Positions 28,784 to 39,680 of a DNA stretch of 64,000 nt are shown here, in pieces. Under the pieces are notes generated by a model. The model was not told where the DNA came from. It worked only from the letters and a program-made list of their open reading frames with translations, and did not search any database. The stretch covers positions 128,001-192,000 of the forward strand of contig CAVXJH010000006.1 in assembly GCA_963762115.1 (NCBI GenBank). Direction: 5' to 3'. Within the stretch, counting starts at the first letter, position 1. Each line of letters opens with the position of its first letter. The position numbers were made by a program, and so were the translations under genes. This DNA is from Candidatus Babeliales bacterium. Lineage in GTDB: Bacteria; Babelota; Babeliae; Babelales; JANWKD01.

Positions 28784-30757
28784 TTACGAAACTAATAACA
28801 ACGCAACAATCGACATAAGCTTAATCAAAATGTTTAATGCTGGTCCGGAAGTATCCTTGAAAGGGTCTCCAACCGTATCACCAACAACAGCTGCTTTGTG
28901 CGCATCTGAGCCTTTGCCGCCAAGATGACCCGCTTCAATATACTTCTTTGCATTATCCCATGCACCACCACCATTTGCCATCATTAATGCTAATAGGACA
29001 CCAACAAGAGTTGCCCCAACAAGCAATCCCCCAAGTGCTTGCACACCAAGAGTGAACTTAATAACAACAGGCAATGAAACGGTAAGAACACCAGGTAAAA
29101 TCATTTCATGTAAAGCAGCTTGCGTACTAATTGCAACACATCGTTTATAATCAGGCTCGGCAGTGCCTTCCATCAACCCAGGAATTTCTTTAAATTGACG
29201 ACGAACTTCCATCACCATTTTCAACGCCGCTTGACTAACTGAACGCATGGTTAATGCTGAAACCAAAAATGGCATAGCACCACCAATAAACATTCCCACT
29301 AAAACTAACGGATTAAGTACATTTATTGCCACCAATTTTGCCAATTCTGAATAAGCAGCAAATAAAGCAAGCGCCGTTAATAATGCTGAACCGATTGCAA
29401 AACCTTTACCCATTGCAGCAGTTGTATTCCCAAGAGCGTCAAGCTTATCAGTAATGGCACGTATATTAGGGCCAAAATGTGCCATTTCAGCAATACCGCC
29501 AGCATTATCAGCAATAGGGCCATAAGCATCAACAGTCATAGTAATACCAACCGTTGCAAGCATTGCAACAGCTGATAAGGCAACACCAAAAAGACCGCCG
29601 CCATAATTAAAGGCAAATAAAACTGCTAAAGAAAGTAAAATCACCGGCAAAACGGTTGACTCCATACCAACAGATAAGCCATAAATTAAATTTGTTGCAG
29701 CACCTGAACGAGAACTATTAGCAATATTAATTACTGGTTGTCCGCCCGTATAATATTCCGTAATTAAACCAATAACAATACCCGCAAAACACCCTAATAC
29801 TATTGCAACAATAAGTTGCAAATCTAAGTGCATTGCATATAAATAAGCAGTGCTAAAACCTGCAAAAAATATAATTGCAATGAACGTTGCATAGCGCAAC
29901 ATCGCCGCAGGATGTAATCTTAAAAAGAAATTAGAACAAAGACCAATGATTGAACTTACTAACCCAAATGCAGAAAGCATCAAGGGTAACGATTGATACA
30001 TAAAATTATTATATTCAGGACTTGCAATAGCCAAGATTATGCAAGAAACCATTGCGCCAACATATGATTCAAAAATATCAGCACCCATGCCCGCTGTATC
30101 GCCAACGCAATCACCAACGTTATCAGCAATAACGGCAGGGTTGCGAGGATCATCTTCAGGAATTCCTGCTTCAAGTTTTCCTACCAAATCAGCACCGACA
30201 TCAGCAGATTTAGTAAAAATACCGCCGCCAACACGAGCAAAAAAGGCAACTAAACTGCCGCCCAAAGCAAAACTTGTTAAAATGGGAACAAAATTAAGAT
30301 GACCAGCAAAGAGATAAAAAACGGTTGCAATACCAAAAAGGCCAAATGTCGCTACGGCAAAACCCATAACGCCGCCGCCAAAAAATGCAACTGAGAATGC
30401 AGCATGTTCACCTTTATTTTTTGCAGCCATTGTTGTGCGTACATTGGCAAATGTTGCCGCACGCATACCGATAAATCCTGTTGCAGAAGATAAAAAAGCG
30501 CCGCATAAAAATGCTAATGAAGAAAGCATGCCAAGTCCATACCATAATAAACCAGCGACAATTAACGCAACAATAGAAATAATTTTATATTCTTCTTCCA
30601 AAAAGGTCATTGCACCTTTTGAAATTGCCAATGCAATCTTCGACGCCACTTCATTATCGACTTTTATTTTTACAATTTTGTAAAATAAAAAGGCGACTAC
30701 GGCCAAGCCACAAAGAGCGACTGCTATAAGAAATAAAAAACATTCGAGTTGATTCAT
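28784..30757 (-). CDS. hppA: Membrane-bound ion-translocating pyrophosphatase (K+-dependent, Na+-PPase-like)
   Basis: [61 protein letters not shown]. Confidence 0.96.
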   Translation of the reverse strand: MNQLECFLFLIAVALCGLAVVAFLFYKIVKIKVDNEVASKIALAISKGAMTFLEEEYKIISIVALIVAGLLWYGLGMLSSLAFLCGAFLSSATGFIGMRAATFANVRTTMAAKNKGEHAAFSVAFFGGGVMGFAVATFGLFGIATVFYLFAGHLNFVPILTSFALGGSLVAFFARVGGGIFTKSADVGADLVGKLEAGIPEDDPRNPAVIADNVGDCVGDTAGMGADIFESYVGAMVSCIILAIASPEYNNFMYQSLPLMLSAFGLVSSIIGLCSNFFLRLHPAAMLRYATFIAIIFFAGFSTAYLYAMHLDLQLIVAIVLGCFAGIVIGLITEYYTGGQPVINIANSSRSGAATNLIYGLSVGMESTVLPVILLSLAVLFAFNYGGGLFGVALSAVAMLATVGITMTVDAYGPIADNAGGIAEMAHFGPNIRAITDKLDALGNTTAAMGKGFAIGSALLTALALFAAYSELAKLVAINVLNPLVLVGMFIGGAMPFLVSALTMRSVSQAALKMVMEVRRQFKEIPGLMEGTAEPDYKRCVAISTQAALHEMILPGVLTVSLPVVIKFTLGVQALGGLLVGATLVGVLLALMMANGGGAWDNAKKYIEAGHLGGKGSDAHKAAVVGDTVGDPFKDTSGPALNILIKLMSIVALLLVS

Positions 30758-30856
30758 AGGTAATCCTCATTTCTCTTTATAGAAATAGTGTAAAACAATT
30801 GAATTAATGACTACAAAACAGATTTCAGGGTACTTTTTCAAACAAAATTTGTAAAG

Positions 30857-31534
30857 TTAGTTTCTTATTACTTCATCTTTCAAGTTAGTTCCCTTATCTA
30901 AATGAAGTGTGTCGATTGAATAAATATTTTTTTTAATTTTTTCAATAACAATCTCTTTCAACTGCTGCTTAGTGAATATTTGCTCTAAATCAGATCCGCA
31001 CATTTTTATAATATACTGATATGCTGCTAAAATTTCTTGCGTTGAAATTAATAAAGATTTTTCTTGCCTGACTTTTTCAAATGCACTAATAATTGACTCT
31101 GCTATAACACGATGCATTTCTTTTAAACCACCATTATTATACATAACAAGAGCTAAATGTTTTATAATGATCGATCTGGGATACCCTGAAACCATTAAAT
31201 TCCAATCTTCACCACCTAAATAACCGCCATTCCTACAATCAGTTCTGAGAAGCACAACGGGAATATCAAGCATTTTTGCAATCATAAATTCTACAACAGT
31301 TCCTGAATCCAAATCAGGCCCATCAAAGTTAAAAAGAACTAAATCGGCATGAATAATTGCTTTAATATCATTATTACGCATTTCTATGCAACTTCCTGAT
31401 GCACCCTCCCATTCTTGAGGCAATATACATTGATATAATTGATTGGATAATGTTTCTATTTCTTGAGCAAGCAAAAAATTTCCTGTTAAATGTTTTTGAT
31501 CAAATAAATCTCCAGCGAAATAAACCTTAAACAT
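30857..31534 (-). CDS. Nucleoside 2-deoxyribosyltransferase family protein
   Basis: VYFAGDLF, LPQE, DIKAI..AD, DSGTVVEF, WNLM. Confidence 0.8.
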   Translation of the reverse strand: MFKVYFAGDLFDQKHLTGNFLLAQEIETLSNQLYQCILPQEWEGASGSCIEMRNNDIKAIIHADLVLFNFDGPDLDSGTVVEFMIAKMLDIPVVLLRTDCRNGGYLGGEDWNLMVSGYPRSIIIKHLALVMYNNGGLKEMHRVIAESIISAFEKVRQEKSLLISTQEILAAYQYIIKMCGSDLEQIFTKQQLKEIVIEKIKKNIYSIDTLHLDKGTNLKDEVIRN

Positions 31535-31614
31535 CTTTATTCCTTTACAATAATAATTTTATGAAATGTTTAAAACTAGTAAAATTACACCAAAAACAAA
31601 AAAACATTAACCTT

Positions 31615-31835
31615 GAAATGTCATTCCGAGGCACATTGTGCCGTGGGAACCCAGATTATAAAATTCTATTTATTTTTCACTATTATTTTTTAACAATAAA
31701 GTTGAAGTTATAAAATTTTTATTATTACAAGCAGGTGTTCTATTTATCTGTTATTGTTTTTTCAATAAGGATTTTATTTATTAAAACATTATAATCTGGA
31801 TTCCCACGGCATAATATGCCTCGGAATGACATTTC
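31615..31835. repeat. Family A doublet with ~47-bp near-perfect terminal inverted arms
   Basis: GAAATGTCATTCCGAGGCACATTGTGCCGTGGGAACCCAGATTATAA ... TTATAATCTGGATTCCCACGGCATAATATGCCTCGGAATGACATTTC. Confidence 0.88.
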
Positions 31836-31933
31836 GATTTTTAACATCTTTTGGCTAAGTTAAATGCTGCATGCCTTAGATAACTTTTTTTATCAAATTC
31901 ACATTAGATCATATCGATACAAATTATAAAAAA

Positions 31934-32392
31934 CTAAAGACCTGAACATCCTTTTTTTTTACATTCTCGCATGAGAGAATCATATTTTTCTTGTGTTGAA
32001 TCAAGACGAGAATTATGCCAATTTAAGCGCATCGGTCTCAAAAGCGCAGCATTTGCTATACTCAATGCTGAGGTTCCAAAAAAAACCGTACCAATAAATG
32101 GACTAAATAAGTAAGTAACAGCTCCCAGAAAAAGATATCTACCATATGGCTGGTCATATTCAAATCTGTCACGATCTTCTTGAATTTCACGAATTTTTAT
32201 GTTTCGTTCAGATATTTCTTGCTTTATAGATTCTAAATTTTCTCGTAATTTTTTACACTTTTCACTTTCAGAAAGTAATTTCGACAAGCCGTTATAAGGA
32301 TTTTTACTTATTTCATCAGAAAAATAATCTGCAATTGCTGAATTCATCATAAAAAACATCAGACTAAAAACACATAATTGAAAAAATTTCAT
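31934..32392 (-). CDS. Secreted/membrane hypothetical protein
   Basis: Signal peptide, coiled coil, central hydrophobic hairpin. Confidence 0.7.
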   Translation of the reverse strand: MKFFQLCVFSLMFFMMNSAIADYFSDEISKNPYNGLSKLLSESEKCKKLRENLESIKQEISERNIKIREIQEDRDRFEYDQPYGRYLFLGAVTYLFSPFIGTVFFGTSALSIANAALLRPMRLNWHNSRLDSTQEKYDSLMRECKKKGCSGL

Positions 32393-32526
32393 AGAAAACC
32401 TCTATAAATCAATAATAAAATAATTAAATAATACATTAATATAATATCACGAATTTGATAAAGAAAAAAATAAACCTAGCCAATTCTAGTGACAATAAGC
32501 AAATCGATATTTTTATCAAATTCGCG

Positions 32527-33834
32527 TTATTTATAACGCAATAATGCAGGATGCCGAAAGGCAAGAACTACTATGCCGATAAGATTCGGTAACGCAACAA
32601 GGGGCAAAACGGTATCCATAATTGCCCAGACTAAAGGTACTTCACTAACAGAACTGATAAAAATAATGCCGCCAACAAATGCATAATAAGAACGAATCCA
32701 ACGATAATTAGTGAATGTTGCAAAACTTTGTCCGCCATTAAAGGCATTACCGAGCACTGTTGTGGTAATAAAAAGCGTTACACTAATAATAAAAAACAAA
32801 GGGCCAATTGTCGGCAATTGTGCTTCAAAAACATTAAATACTAACGTGTTACTAAAAACACCTTGTTTCCAAATTCCTGTGGTTAACACAAGTAACCCTG
32901 ACAATAAACATAAAAAAGTATCGGCACTCATTGAATACATCGCCAATATTCCCTGATCGATTGGTTTCTTTACGTCAGACATTGCATGAGCAATTGAAGA
33001 TGTTCCCATGCCAGATTCCGTAATAAATACACCTTTATACACACCTTCTTTTAATGCTGCAAAAATAGTGGATCCCAAGAATCCTCCAATAGGAGCGGCA
33101 GGTGTTAAAATTGAACTAAAAATTAATTTGAAAGCTGCAACAAGTGCTGGGATGTCATGCAATAAAATCCATAAGCTAAAACTTACATATAAACCAAACA
33201 TAAAAGGAACTAATTTGCTTGCAACATTGCCAACTCTTTGAGCTCCGCCAATTAAAATATAAAAAGCGAAACAAGCGAGCAAGAGACCTGTTGTCCATTC
33301 AGGAATTCCCTTTTTGAATAAAATCTCTGATAATGCCTTTGATTGAATACCTGACCAACCAGCAAACAAAAATAATGTTGCAAAACCATACCAATGAGCA
33401 AAAAATGGATGAACCATTTTCAAATATTCTGCCGGCCCTCCCAAAATACGACCATCAGCTGTTTTTTTTCTATACTGCAAGGCAAAAACAACTTCCGTTA
33501 ATTTAGTCACCGAGCCGAAAAATGCATACACAATTAACCAAAAAAGCGCTCCTGGACCACCAACAACAATTGCCAATGAAGGACCAACAATGGTACCAAT
33601 ACCAATCGATGTTGCCATTGCCGTAAATAATGCATGAAATGCATCAATCGTTTTTAAATTGCCGGCATGTGTTCTTTTTAAACCATCCTGAATAATCGTG
33701 ATAAAATAACGAAATGCAAAAATCTGAGGAAAACCTGTTTTCACGGTCAAAAGAATACCTACAACCAAAAAAAGAAAGGTAAAAGGAATACCAATAATTA
33801 TGTTTATCGTATTAAAAAATGATAATAAATCCAA
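32527..33834 (-). CDS. Alanine/glycine:cation symporter (AGCS family)
   Basis: ATSIGIGTIVG, GGPGALFW, GGPAEY, ESGMGTSSIAHA, PNLIG. Confidence 0.92.
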   Translation of the reverse strand: MDLLSFFNTINIIIGIPFTFLFLVVGILLTVKTGFPQIFAFRYFITIIQDGLKRTHAGNLKTIDAFHALFTAMATSIGIGTIVGPSLAIVVGGPGALFWLIVYAFFGSVTKLTEVVFALQYRKKTADGRILGGPAEYLKMVHPFFAHWYGFATLFLFAGWSGIQSKALSEILFKKGIPEWTTGLLLACFAFYILIGGAQRVGNVASKLVPFMFGLYVSFSLWILLHDIPALVAAFKLIFSSILTPAAPIGGFLGSTIFAALKEGVYKGVFITESGMGTSSIAHAMSDVKKPIDQGILAMYSMSADTFLCLLSGLLVLTTGIWKQGVFSNTLVFNVFEAQLPTIGPLFFIISVTLFITTTVLGNAFNGGQSFATFTNYRWIRSYYAFVGGIIFISSVSEVPLVWAIMDTVLPLVALPNLIGIVVLAFRHPALLRYK

Positions 33835-33864
33835 AATAATTCTCCCTTGCTATGCTCAATGCTG

Positions 33865-34467
33865 TTAAACAATTCGCTTTGATAAAAATGAAAGTGCTTG
33901 CCGCAAAAGTTGATCAAACGTCGCGCTCTGATTCAACTCAGATTCTTTGATATATGCTAAAGCAGCACTAATTTCATTACGAGAATAATGTAAAGAATTA
34001 AGCACGTCGCTAATAGTACTCCAATGACCAAGCGTTACATCTTGATCAATAACAATGCCTGATTCAAGAAGTTTTTCAACTTTGTGGCGCAATTGCACAA
34101 TCATCTGCTCGGCTTTTTTTGCACCAATACCCGGCACAGCACTTAATGCTTTTTCATCGCCTATCTGTACCGCTTTTATAAAAACATTTGGTTGCATATG
34201 CTTTAGCACCGCTAAGGCAATTTTTGGGCCTATACCAGAGCAAGCAGTCACCACAAGAAAGAGCGAACGCTCTAATTCAGTTACAAAACCAAATAACGAT
34301 GGACCAGATTCTTGATTCCAATGCATATAAATATGCAATGAAATTGTATCATCTTTTTTAAAATTTTCTGTTCTTGCTAATGACACAGCAAAACCAACAC
34401 CATGCACATCAACTGTTAAATTTTGATCTTTTATTTCTTTAATTGTTCCCGTCAAACAGGTAATCAT
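33865..34467 (-). CDS. ruvA: Holliday junction branch migration protein RuvA
   Basis: DVHGVGF, LFGF...ER.LF, SGIGPKIAL, VPGIGAKKAEQM. Confidence 0.95.
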   Translation of the reverse strand: MITCLTGTIKEIKDQNLTVDVHGVGFAVSLARTENFKKDDTISLHIYMHWNQESGPSLFGFVTELERSLFLVVTACSGIGPKIALAVLKHMQPNVFIKAVQIGDEKALSAVPGIGAKKAEQMIVQLRHKVEKLLESGIVIDQDVTLGHWSTISDVLNSLHYSRNEISAALAYIKESELNQSATFDQLLRQALSFLSKRIV

Positions 34468-34689
34468 AGCAATACACACTTTGTTTAAATTTTTTTTCTT
34501 TGAGCGTACCGCTAAAAAAAAGCTTTAGCAAACAAAGATTGATTTTTTTATATTTCTAATTGTAAAATCAAAAAAATAGTTTGTTCTCTTTTTTTATCAC
34601 AACTGAGCAATAAAAACCAACTCTTATCGAATTTTACCAATCGACAATTGACAATACCTATATTTTTGTTAGGATTTAAATGTTTTTAC

Positions 34690-34764
34690 GCGGGAATAGC
34701 TCAGTGGTAGAGCGTTGCCTTGCCAAGGCAAAGGTCGCGGGTTCGACCCCCGTTTCCCGCTCCA
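34690..34764 (+). tRNA. tRNA-Gly(GCC)
   Basis: GCGGGAA acceptor stem, TTGCC-TTGCCAA-GGCAA anticodon arm, GGTTCGA T-loop, encoded CCA. Confidence 0.97.
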
Positions 34765-34949
34765 TTTTATTAAAAATGGCTATTAAATTTACAACATCTC
34801 ATTAAAATCCCTGGTATAGTGAAGTTCTAAAAAACACTCTGAGCAAAAGACAACTTTTCCTTTTTTATGTATTCTTGTACAAAAAATGCTTAAAAGCGTA
34901 CTCTTAGAGATAGGTTGAGTTAAAAAATTAATATAAAGGTCTTATAACC

Positions 34950-35624
34950 ATGAAATCACTCATGCAAGAAGCTTCTTCAGTGATAAAAGCAATTGAAAAA
35001 GGTTGGGAAAGCGCTGGAAAACCAAAAGAATTTTCAATAAAAATCTTTGAAGAACCAAAAAAAAATTTTATCGGCATGACCGTTCAATCAGCAAAAATTG
35101 GTATTTTCTTTGACGAAAAAACACCATTGAAAAAAGCTGAAAAAGAAGAATTCAAAAAACGTGAGCAAGTAACGGCGAAAAATATTAGCTCAGCACAAAT
35201 AAAACAATCTCACGAACAGCCTCTTGCCCAAGAAAAAGCTAGGCCAGTTCAAAAGCCTACAGCACCTGCTTTCAAGGAACCTTTCAAAAAAGAAAAAATT
35301 GTTGAAACTCGCCCCGTTGAAACTCACTCAGTAATACAAGAGCCAAAACAGCATAAAGAAGTGTGGTCTGATGATATGGTGCACGTTGTTGATACCTGGT
35401 TACGCGACATGTTAAAACAATTAAATCGTTCTGATGTAACTTTTTCATTACAACCTTCATCATACCAACTTAATATTCAATTCAATGCATTAATCAACAA
35501 AAGCCCTGATAAAGATCAACAGCTTATGCGCAGCTTTGCCTTAATACTTATGCAAACATTGCGACACTCTTTCAAAAGACCGCTGCGTGGTTTTAAAATT
35601 ATGCTCACTACAAAAAATGTATGA
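34950..35624 (+). CDS. jag: Jag/EloR N-terminal-domain protein (truncated)
   Basis: Jag_N-like start (ASSVIKAIEKG...EEPKKNFIG), position upstream of mnmE; no recognisable R3H. Confidence 0.65.
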   Translation: MKSLMQEASSVIKAIEKGWESAGKPKEFSIKIFEEPKKNFIGMTVQSAKIGIFFDEKTPLKKAEKEEFKKREQVTAKNISSAQIKQSHEQPLAQEKARPVQKPTAPAFKEPFKKEKIVETRPVETHSVIQEPKQHKEVWSDDMVHVVDTWLRDMLKQLNRSDVTFSLQPSSYQLNIQFNALINKSPDKDQQLMRSFALILMQTLRHSFKRPLRGFKIMLTTKNV

Positions 35625-36997
35625 TAAGCACTGATCAAGAAACAATTATTGCACAATGCACTCCCCAAGGTTCTGGAGCAATTGCTCTTTTGCGTATATC
35701 GGGTGATAATGCCTTTGCTATTGCTACAAAAATGAGCGTTTTAGCTTCAGGGAGCACACTTAATCGCGTACCAACGCATACGGTACACTACGGTTGGGTA
35801 AAAGATGAAAATGATATTCATATTGATCAAGTACTTTTTATTGTCATGCATGCGCCAAAAACTTTCACGGGACAAAATGTTGTTGAAATCACCTGTCACA
35901 ACAATCCATTCTTAATTGAAAGGATTATCAATCAAGCAATTAAGCATGGTGCTCGCTTGGCACAAGAAGGTGAATTCAGCAAACGTGCATTTTTGCACGG
36001 CAAAATTGATTTGGTGCAAGCAGAAGCAATTAATGAACTGATTCATGCTTCAACGCAAAGCGCCCTCAAACAAGCATTATCACAACTTGAAGGAACATTC
36101 TCCCACTGGATCAATACTCTTGAAAAAGAGCTCATAAAAAATCTTGCACTTTCAGATGCAAGTTTTGAATTTATTGATGAAGAAATGGAATTTGGTAAAC
36201 GCATTCAAGAAAGCATTGAAAATATTCTTGCTTCGATGATCACGCTCAAACAAGCATTCAATCAGCAACAACAAATTCGTCAAGGAATTCGTATTGCTTT
36301 GCTTGGTGCCGTGAACGCTGGAAAATCTTCACTCTTTAATGCATTAGTCAAAAAAAATCGTGCTATTGTTTCTCATGTTGCCGGAACAACACGCGATACT
36401 CTTGAAGCTGGTTTATATAAAGATGGTTTTTATATGACCTATGTTGACACCGCGGGCTTGCGAGAAACCAATGATAGTATTGAACAAGAGGGTATCAAAC
36501 GATCATTCCAAGAAGCACAACAAGCTGATATTATTTTACTCATTATTGATAGTTCGCGAGCAATTACCGATCAAGAAGCAGCTATTTATCAAGAATTATA
36601 TACGTTATATGCCCCAAAAATTATGGTGATTGAAAACAAAGCCGATATTGCACTATCACAACAAACATTTAGCTTACCAGTGACGGCACTTAAAACAGCT
36701 GCTCACAACAATGAAACTATTGAACATCTTGAAACAGTTGTTGAACAAAAAATTACCACGCTTTTCACCCATCTTGAATCACCTTTTCTTTTAAATCAAC
36801 GCCAATTCAATCTACTTCTCTCCTTAGAACAAAAATTATTAGCAATTGCACCACTTCTTGAATCAAGCTCAATTGAATATGAAATTGTTTCCTATCATCT
36901 TAAGGAAGCATTAGAAAATATCACCGAATTATCAGGAAAAACCGTTTCTGAGCAAGGCATGGATGCAATTTTCAGAGAATTTTGCATAGGAAAATAA
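35621..36997 (+). CDS. mnmE: tRNA modification GTPase MnmE
   Basis: TIIAQCTP, FTGQNVVEITCH, GEFSKRAF, GAVNAGKSS, GTTRD, DTAG, FCIGK. Confidence 0.97.
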   Translation: MISTDQETIIAQCTPQGSGAIALLRISGDNAFAIATKMSVLASGSTLNRVPTHTVHYGWVKDENDIHIDQVLFIVMHAPKTFTGQNVVEITCHNNPFLIERIINQAIKHGARLAQEGEFSKRAFLHGKIDLVQAEAINELIHASTQSALKQALSQLEGTFSHWINTLEKELIKNLALSDASFEFIDEEMEFGKRIQESIENILASMITLKQAFNQQQQIRQGIRIALLGAVNAGKSSLFNALVKKNRAIVSHVAGTTRDTLEAGLYKDGFYMTYVDTAGLRETNDSIEQEGIKRSFQEAQQADIILLIIDSSRAITDQEAAIYQELYTLYAPKIMVIENKADIALSQQTFSLPVTALKTAAHNNETIEHLETVVEQKITTLFTHLESPFLLNQRQFNLLLSLEQKLLAIAPLLESSSIEYEIVSYHLKEALENITELSGKTVSEQGMDAIFREFCIGK

Positions 36998-37097
36998 AAT
37001 AAAATTTTTTTTCAGTAAATACTCTAACTCTTGTTTACTAAAATCTAATTTTAGTACTCTTATTTTTGTAGCTTAGAAACAAATAAGGGAGAAAATA

Positions 37098-38747
37098 ATG
37101 CAAAAAACAAGTTTGATTGCAAGTTTAATGCTTGCAACTTTATTACAAACAATCTCACTCAAAGCAAATTTACAAGGTGAATTGATACACCTTACTGATA
37201 CCCTCACTGATCTTGAAATGGCATTAAACATACGACCTCAGCCCCAGCCTGAGCCTAGAAGACAAGTTACGCCAGCACCATCAACAACAACTGCATGCCC
37301 TGTAACGCCTCCCGGAAAAACTTTAAGACGCGTACAATCTGCTTACTTACCTAAACAACCCTTGTCTCAATCCGCTGAAACACCCACTGCGAAACCTAAG
37401 CCTGCCCCACAACCAAGAGCAACTCTTGCACAAACAACTCCTCCCGGCGGTATTCCTGTTGCAAAAAAAATAGAACCAGAAGAATCACCCATCGAAAAAA
37501 TTCAACGTTTAGCTAAAGAAAGACAAGAAAGAAGAAAGAGTCTTGGAGCGCCATTAAAACCATTATCAACTCCTGGAGAATTTCAAATACCTACCCTAAG
37601 ACGCAAACAAGTTAGCCCTAAGAAAGAATCAGTTTTAGATATTTTTCAACTGGTAGACCGAGGCGAAGGCCTTCAAAAAGATTTTATAGTCAAAAAAGAA
37701 ATAAAATTACCTAAACCATTAACTACTGGCATCGATCTATTTATTTCACAACAAGTAAATACCTTAAGTACAGCAGAAGATAAAAAAATAACTGCAGCTG
37801 AGATCAATACATTTATTAATACACGAGTTAAAGATAAAGATTCTACAAATAATCAATTGCAAATTTTTAAGGCTTTAGCAACCATTCTTACCATCGATCC
37901 ATTATTAATACAAACAAGTATAGAAACATTGCGTATTATTAATGTACCAAATGAAGATATATATCAATTGATGGCAGAACTTTACACAGGAAGAGTTGAT
38001 TATTTATCATATGAATTTGAACTTATGCAACAAAATTTAACAAAAAATCCAAATCAAGCTCTCCCAAAAGGAACAAGAGACGCTATAGATGAAGGATTAA
38101 CGTATCCAATTGAAATATCGGGTGAAGTGCAAGATGCACAAATTAAAGCAGAAAAAAACAATGATCGGCTTGCAGGAAACTTCTTCAATAATATAAATAT
38201 CCAATGGGAAAGATTGCTATTATTGCTTAGAGGATTATCAGGACAACAAAAAGAAGCATTACGTAAAGAGGGAATCGATATAGATCAATATATCACTAAT
38301 ATAGAAGAGAATAAATTACGAGCTTACTGTCGTTATGATCCAAAGCTTAGAACAAAAGAGTGTCAACCTTATATTTCTTTTTACCAAGAATTAAACAAAA
38401 TGGCACAAGCTGCCAATGATTTCAAGGAAAATAAATCAAAATATAATCGTAGTACAAGAACATTTGCTATCCAAAATATTATTAATAAATTAAATGCTTT
38501 TGCAATATATGCTCAAGATCCTAAAATTTGCCAAGTCTGTCTTAATGAAGATGCACAAAAAGCTAATGAAGAAAACACGAATAATAATTTTGCTGACATA
38601 GAAACATTATTTAATGATCTTCTTGTGCAAGAACCAAGTAACAAAAAATATTCCGAGACGTTAGAAGTAATAGAATCAATTAAAAGTGATGAAGCCAATC
38701 GAAGATCAAAAGTTAGAAGAGGTGGCGTAGGTTATCAATATCAATAA
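37098..38747 (+). CDS. Secreted hypothetical protein (Pro-rich N-half, helical C-half)
   Basis: Signal peptide then NLQGELIHLTDTLTDLEMAL; 549-aa ORF. Confidence 0.8.
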   Translation: MQKTSLIASLMLATLLQTISLKANLQGELIHLTDTLTDLEMALNIRPQPQPEPRRQVTPAPSTTTACPVTPPGKTLRRVQSAYLPKQPLSQSAETPTAKPKPAPQPRATLAQTTPPGGIPVAKKIEPEESPIEKIQRLAKERQERRKSLGAPLKPLSTPGEFQIPTLRRKQVSPKKESVLDIFQLVDRGEGLQKDFIVKKEIKLPKPLTTGIDLFISQQVNTLSTAEDKKITAAEINTFINTRVKDKDSTNNQLQIFKALATILTIDPLLIQTSIETLRIINVPNEDIYQLMAELYTGRVDYLSYEFELMQQNLTKNPNQALPKGTRDAIDEGLTYPIEISGEVQDAQIKAEKNNDRLAGNFFNNINIQWERLLLLLRGLSGQQKEALRKEGIDIDQYITNIEENKLRAYCRYDPKLRTKECQPYISFYQELNKMAQAANDFKENKSKYNRSTRTFAIQNIINKLNAFAIYAQDPKICQVCLNEDAQKANEENTNNNFADIETLFNDLLVQEPSNKKYSETLEVIESIKSDEANRRSKVRRGGVGYQYQ

Positions 38748-38759
38748 TTAAATTTTATC

Positions 38760-38790
38760 AGAGGGGATTTCATGCGAAATCCCCTCTTTA
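38760..38790. terminator. Intrinsic terminator
   Basis: AGAGGGGATTTC/GAAATCCCCTCT. Confidence 0.8.
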
Positions 38791-38793
38791 TTT

Positions 38794-39441
38794 TTATGCC
38801 GCTAATGCATACATCTCAACACGACGATTTGGCGCTTGACCTTCCAAACTATCATCAAAAGAAACTAGTTCTTCGTTGCCAACACCAAATACTTTAAGGT
38901 GTGATTCTGGAATACCTGCTTGCACTAAGTTTTCTTTGATGGTACTTGCACGCTTCATTGACAAAGCAACGTTATACGCATCGGTACCATGATATTTACA
39001 TGAATGACCTTTTACACATACCATGCGATCATTTTTATAAATCTCTTGTGCTTTTTTGGTTAAATCTTCAAGAGCTAATTTTTCATTTTCAAGTGGCTTT
39101 GAACTATCATAGGAAAAATGAACTACTTTAATTTCATCTTTCAAATGAGTTGGCTCTTCCCATGAAATATCAAGATCATTTTGAGCAGCGGTCATTGAAT
39201 CTTGCATAAAAGGGTTTTCTGTTTCTTCTTCAAGAACGAACGCCTCAATATCTTCATCAAAAAGACTGATCATGGTACTATCATTTTGAGCAAGAGGCAT
39301 AGCAACATCGCCAATTTGTTCTGTTTGATTCTTGTTATTTCTTGATGTAGAACTTCTTTTTTGACTCTTTTTACATCCTGATAACGCAATAGTTAACAGT
39401 ATCATGGCAAAAACCAAAGTTTTTTGGTGCATAGTTTTCAT
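38794..39441 (-). CDS. OmpA-domain (Pal-like) lipoprotein
   Basis: Lipobox LSGC; HFSYDSS, KGHS, YNVALSMKRA, NRRVE. Confidence 0.88.
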   Translation of the reverse strand: MKTMHQKTLVFAMILLTIALSGCKKSQKRSSTSRNNKNQTEQIGDVAMPLAQNDSTMISLFDEDIEAFVLEEETENPFMQDSMTAAQNDLDISWEEPTHLKDEIKVVHFSYDSSKPLENEKLALEDLTKKAQEIYKNDRMVCVKGHSCKYHGTDAYNVALSMKRASTIKENLVQAGIPESHLKVFGVGNEELVSFDDSLEGQAPNRRVEMYALAA

Positions 39442-39680
39442 AGTATTTTACATCCTTATTGATAAGCTTTTATAGACGACACGTTACTAATAAAATGCAC
39501 TGTATCACATTTTTTTATGATTTTCTACTTCAATGCCTGCATTGATTTGATGAATTTCTACTATTTACAGATAAGTTTGGGTATACTAAGAAAAGAATAT
39601 AACAAACTATAATTCTAACAGTAACGTCGTCTATCTTAAAAATTGAACAACTCGTTGGAAAATAGTAATTGGAAAAAAGT

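Noticed and set aside
34690..34800. tRNA-Gly or tmRNA as a prophage/island attachment site
   Set aside because: No integrase and no duplicated 3' end seen in the window.
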